Positions 61,556 to 64,000 of a stretch of DNA of 64,000 nt are shown here, in pieces (position 1 is the stretch's first letter; each line of letters starts with the position of its first letter). The DNA comes from Thermoanaerobaculia bacterium. Lineage in GTDB: Bacteria > Acidobacteriota > Thermoanaerobaculia > Multivoradales > Multivoraceae. A program made the position numbers and the translations under genes. The stretch lies in assembly GCA_963664405.1 (NCBI GenBank), contig OY761158.1, positions 4,736,001 to 4,800,000 on the forward strand, read 5' to 3'. The notes under the pieces are model-generated. The model saw only the letters and a program-made list of their open reading frames with translations. It searched no databases and had not been told where the DNA came from.

Positions 61556-61863
61556 GGCGACTCCGGCGATTGTGGCTGCGCTCGTGCCACCTCTTCGACC
61601 GCGTCGAGATAGTCGGCGTCGACGGGTGGAATCGAGCGGAGGAGCGCTCGAAGATCGGCGCCGGTAAAGTGAACCGGCGCCGCCGGCCGGAGCTCCGCGA
61701 CCGCCGCACCACCCCGTTCGACCACAAAGGACTCCCCCCGGTAGCGCACCCGGTTCAAGAGCTCCGAGAACCCCCGCGCCGCTTCGGTCGCAGACAAGTG
61801 TCTGGCCGCTTGGTACTCGGCGGGAGCCTCGCGCGCAAGATCTCGGCCCTCTTTCTTGGACAT
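61543..61863 (-). CDS. Phd/YefM-family antitoxin
   Basis: SATEAARGFSELLNRV..GESFVVERGG..VAEL. Confidence 0.85.
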   Translation of the reverse strand: MSKKEGRDLAREAPAEYQAARHLSATEAARGFSELLNRVRYRGESFVVERGGAAVAELRPAAPVHFTGADLRALLRSIPPVDADYLDAVEEVARAQPQSPESPWEP

Positions 61864-61891
61864 CAGAAAATCATAATATCAGATTAACGGA

Positions 61892-62308
61892 TCAGACTCT
61901 CTCCCCGAGCACGAAACCGATCTCCATCCTCTTGAGGGCCGAAGTCAGTCGCTGGTCCATCGTAATCACCTCGGCGCCGTGCCTGCGGGCGAGAACGGCG
62001 TAGAGCATGTCGTAGACCGGATGGCCGTAGGCAACCGCAGCGACAAGGGCTTCCTCGACGAGCTCGTCATCCGAGACCCGCAGATCGACCAGCCTTCTCG
62101 CGTCGCCGAGGCGATCGCTGGCATCCTCGCTCTGCAATGAGTCGTGCCTGACGTACTTCCATAAGGTGTTCGCGACCTCGCTCGCGTAAAGGCCGGGAGC
62201 CATCACAACAGCCGTGTTGGCGAGAACCTCGAGAAGGTTCTTTCCCGCAGGAAGGCCGCAGACAACATGAACCGCCGCCGAGGCGTCGAGAACGCCACGG
62301 CGCCTCAA
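61892..62308 (-). CDS. vapC: PIN-domain toxin
   Basis: VLDASAA, EVANTLWK, VYDMLY, ITMDQRL. Confidence 0.88.
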   Translation of the reverse strand: MRRRGVLDASAAVHVVCGLPAGKNLLEVLANTAVVMAPGLYASEVANTLWKYVRHDSLQSEDASDRLGDARRLVDLRVSDDELVEEALVAAVAYGHPVYDMLYAVLARRHGAEVITMDQRLTSALKRMEIGFVLGERV

Positions 62309-62550
62309 CGATCGCGATCCTTCCGAATCAGATCTTCAGGGGGCGGGAGGCCTGGGTCGGCATTGTCGCTCTTGAAGCGGCTTCGCAGCTTCTCGATGGT
62401 TTCCATCCGCCGCTCCCTGGCTTCGAGCTCCGGGAGCTTGCGCAGCTCGATGATCGCCTGCTGAGCCAGGCTACGGCCTTCCCTCTCGGCACGGTGAGCC
62501 AACGTTTCATAGATGTCCGCCGGTAGCTCGCGAATCTGCAGTGAGGGCAT
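62305..62550 (-). CDS. FitA-like ribbon-helix-helix antitoxin
   Basis: MPSLQIRELPADIYETL..RA..EGRSL; AGGAG RBS. Confidence 0.85.
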   Translation of the reverse strand: MPSLQIRELPADIYETLAHRAEREGRSLAQQAIIELRKLPELEARERRMETIEKLRSRFKSDNADPGLPPPEDLIRKDRDR

Positions 62551-62559
62551 GAGTTCTCC

Positions 62560-62595
62560 TTGCTTCATCATATTGCATGCGTTTTGATGAAGCAA
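62560..62595. promoter_or_regulatory. Inverted-repeat operator of the FitA-VapC module
   Basis: Perfect 11-bp IR TTGCTTCATCA-N14-TGATGAAGCAA abutting the RBS; resembles FitAB-type TGC..TCA operators. Confidence 0.6.
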
Positions 62596-62923
62596 AGGTT
62601 GCCGTTTGCGTTCGACTCACGTGTTCTTGTCGCCGACGGGCTCATACCCCCCAGAGGCCTTCGGCTGGCAGGTGCCACCCGAACATTGAGAGGGCGAAGG
62701 GAACAAGGTAGTCTGCCCCTGCGACGGTAGAGGCGCGAGGTGCCTCGCTGCCGCCCCGCGTTCATAGAGAAAGAAACTATATATTTATGTATAACTACTT
62801 TCGTTATGAAATTGCTCCAGGATAGCCGTGCACCTCGATCAGAGCCCGAACCCTTCGGGCAAACGAAGCCGGGTGGCGTCGAACATCGAGTCGCGACGAC
62901 CGGGCTTTAGAGGACGAAGGACC

Positions 62924-63100
62924 ATGTCTCGCCATCAGCTCGCCAAGGAGCTCGACGAGACTGTCCGGGCGCTCGACCAGGGAAGTGTTGAAGGAGAGCT
63001 GATGCCGCTTCTACCCGAAGAAGAGCTTGCCGGCCTGGCGCTCAGACTCCGCGCTTCGCTCGCGAAGCTCGTCGAGCAGCTCGAATCGTCCGAGGATTGA
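62924..63100 (+). CDS. Small hypothetical helical protein
   Basis: 58 aa; purine-rich RBS; AT-rich promoter-like tract at 62765-62812. Confidence 0.4.
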   Translation: MSRHQLAKELDETVRALDQGSVEGELMPLLPEEELAGLALRLRASLAKLVEQLESSED

Positions 63101-63187
63101 CCTCAGCCAGCCTGAGCCGCCCTTTGGGTCCGGGTGCGCGCTGGTCTAGGGTGCCGGCCGAATATTTCCGGGACGCGGTGAGCGGGG

Positions 63188-63259
63188 TACCGCATCGAAG
63201 AAAAACGGTTGGTTGTACTGGTGCTCGACATCGCCGACCGAGGAGGCGTGTACCGTTGA
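63188..63259 (+). pseudogene. RelE/ParE toxin C-terminal remnant
   Basis: YRIEEKRLVVLVLDIADRGGVYR*. Confidence 0.65.
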
Positions 63260-63331
63260 AACTTGCTGGGGTTCTTAGCTCTGGAGTCTGACGTAGGATG
63301 GGAGCCCAGACTCACATCCCGGAGCTCCACG

Positions 63332-64000
63332 ATGTGCAGGACACAGAGATGGCAACAGCGGATGAGGCTGGCGACGGGCCTCCTCCTCGCCTTCGCAGCG
63401 GCGGCATCGGGCCAGGCGCGCAGCTCCTACTCTCCTGCTGTCGACCGCTCCCACCCCACCGAGGTCTATTGGGGAGACACTCACGTCCACACCAGCCTGT
63501 CGTCGATCGACGCAAATATCAGCGGGCTCAATGAGGACAAGCCCGAGCTCGCCTACCGCTTCGCGCGAGGCGAGGTGGTGACGGCCAAGAACGGAATGCC
63601 GGTGCAGCTGCGCCGCCCTCTGGACTTTCTCGTCATCGCCGACCACGCCGAGGGCCTGGGAGCAACCGCCGCCCTCCAATCGGCGGATCCGGCCTTTCTC
63701 GGGACCGAGCACGGGCGAAGGCTCTACGACGACTACCGAGCTTTCCGTCGCGAAATGGCTACAGTAGCCACCGATCGATTTGAATCTCCGGAGGCACGAG
63801 TACGGCGCTACCCCTACCGGGCGGAGTTCTCGATCGAGGTAGAGGAGCTCGAAGAGCCTTTCAGGCGCTCGGTCTGGAGCCGCGTCGTCGAGCTCGCTGA
63901 TGCCTTCGACGATCCCGGGACCTTCACCGCCCTCGCGGGCTATGAGTGGACCTCGGGCCTGACCTTCGCCAACCTCCATCGCGTCGTGATCTTCAAGGAC
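63332..64000 (+). CDS. DUF3604 (PHP-like) secreted protein, 3'-partial
   Basis: Not in the ORF track (runs off the window): VYWGDTHVHT, AYRFARG, LDFLVIADHAE, GYEWTS, NLHRVVIF. Confidence 0.85.
   Translation, partial: MCRTQRWQQRMRLATGLLLAFAAAASGQARSSYSPAVDRSHPTEVYWGDTHVHTSLSSIDANISGLNEDKPELAYRFARGEVVTAKNGMPVQLRRPLDFLVIADHAEGLGATAALQSADPAFLGTEHGRRLYDDYRAFRREMATVATDRFESPEARVRRYPYRAEFSIEVEELEEPFRRSVWSRVVELADAFDDPGTFTALAGYEWTSGLTFANLHRVVIFKD

Noticed and set aside
1-64000. tRNA, rRNA, prophage or integron features
   Set aside because: No cloverleaf, rRNA, phage structural gene or tyrosine integrase recognised; foldback elements lack attC RYYYAAC/GTTRRRY ends

Overview
GC-rich bacterial window. 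A PadR regulator next to an ADOP-type permease, four sulfatases, Ser/Thr kinases and a PQQ-like propeller suggest an Acidobacteriota-like, probably marine organism (inference). It contains sulfatase/GH3 catabolic genes, a MacAB-type efflux operon and a ~19-kb surface-polysaccharide locus. That locus is split by two near-identical, inverted ISAzo13-family elements, and the 11.3-kb segment between them is inverted relative to the broken gene halves. There is also a nested IS30/IS3 insertion in a serine hydrolase, four intact and several decayed toxin-antitoxin modules, and many genes eroded by internal deletion, frameshift or nonsense change. The most novel signal is three ~168-bp CTAG-bounded foldback elements of two subfamilies. 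They have different arm sequences but a shared core, their arm mismatches are mostly G-U compatible, and they always lie on the mRNA strand. No rRNA, tRNA or CRISPR array was seen. All family calls come from motif recognition by eye, not database searches.
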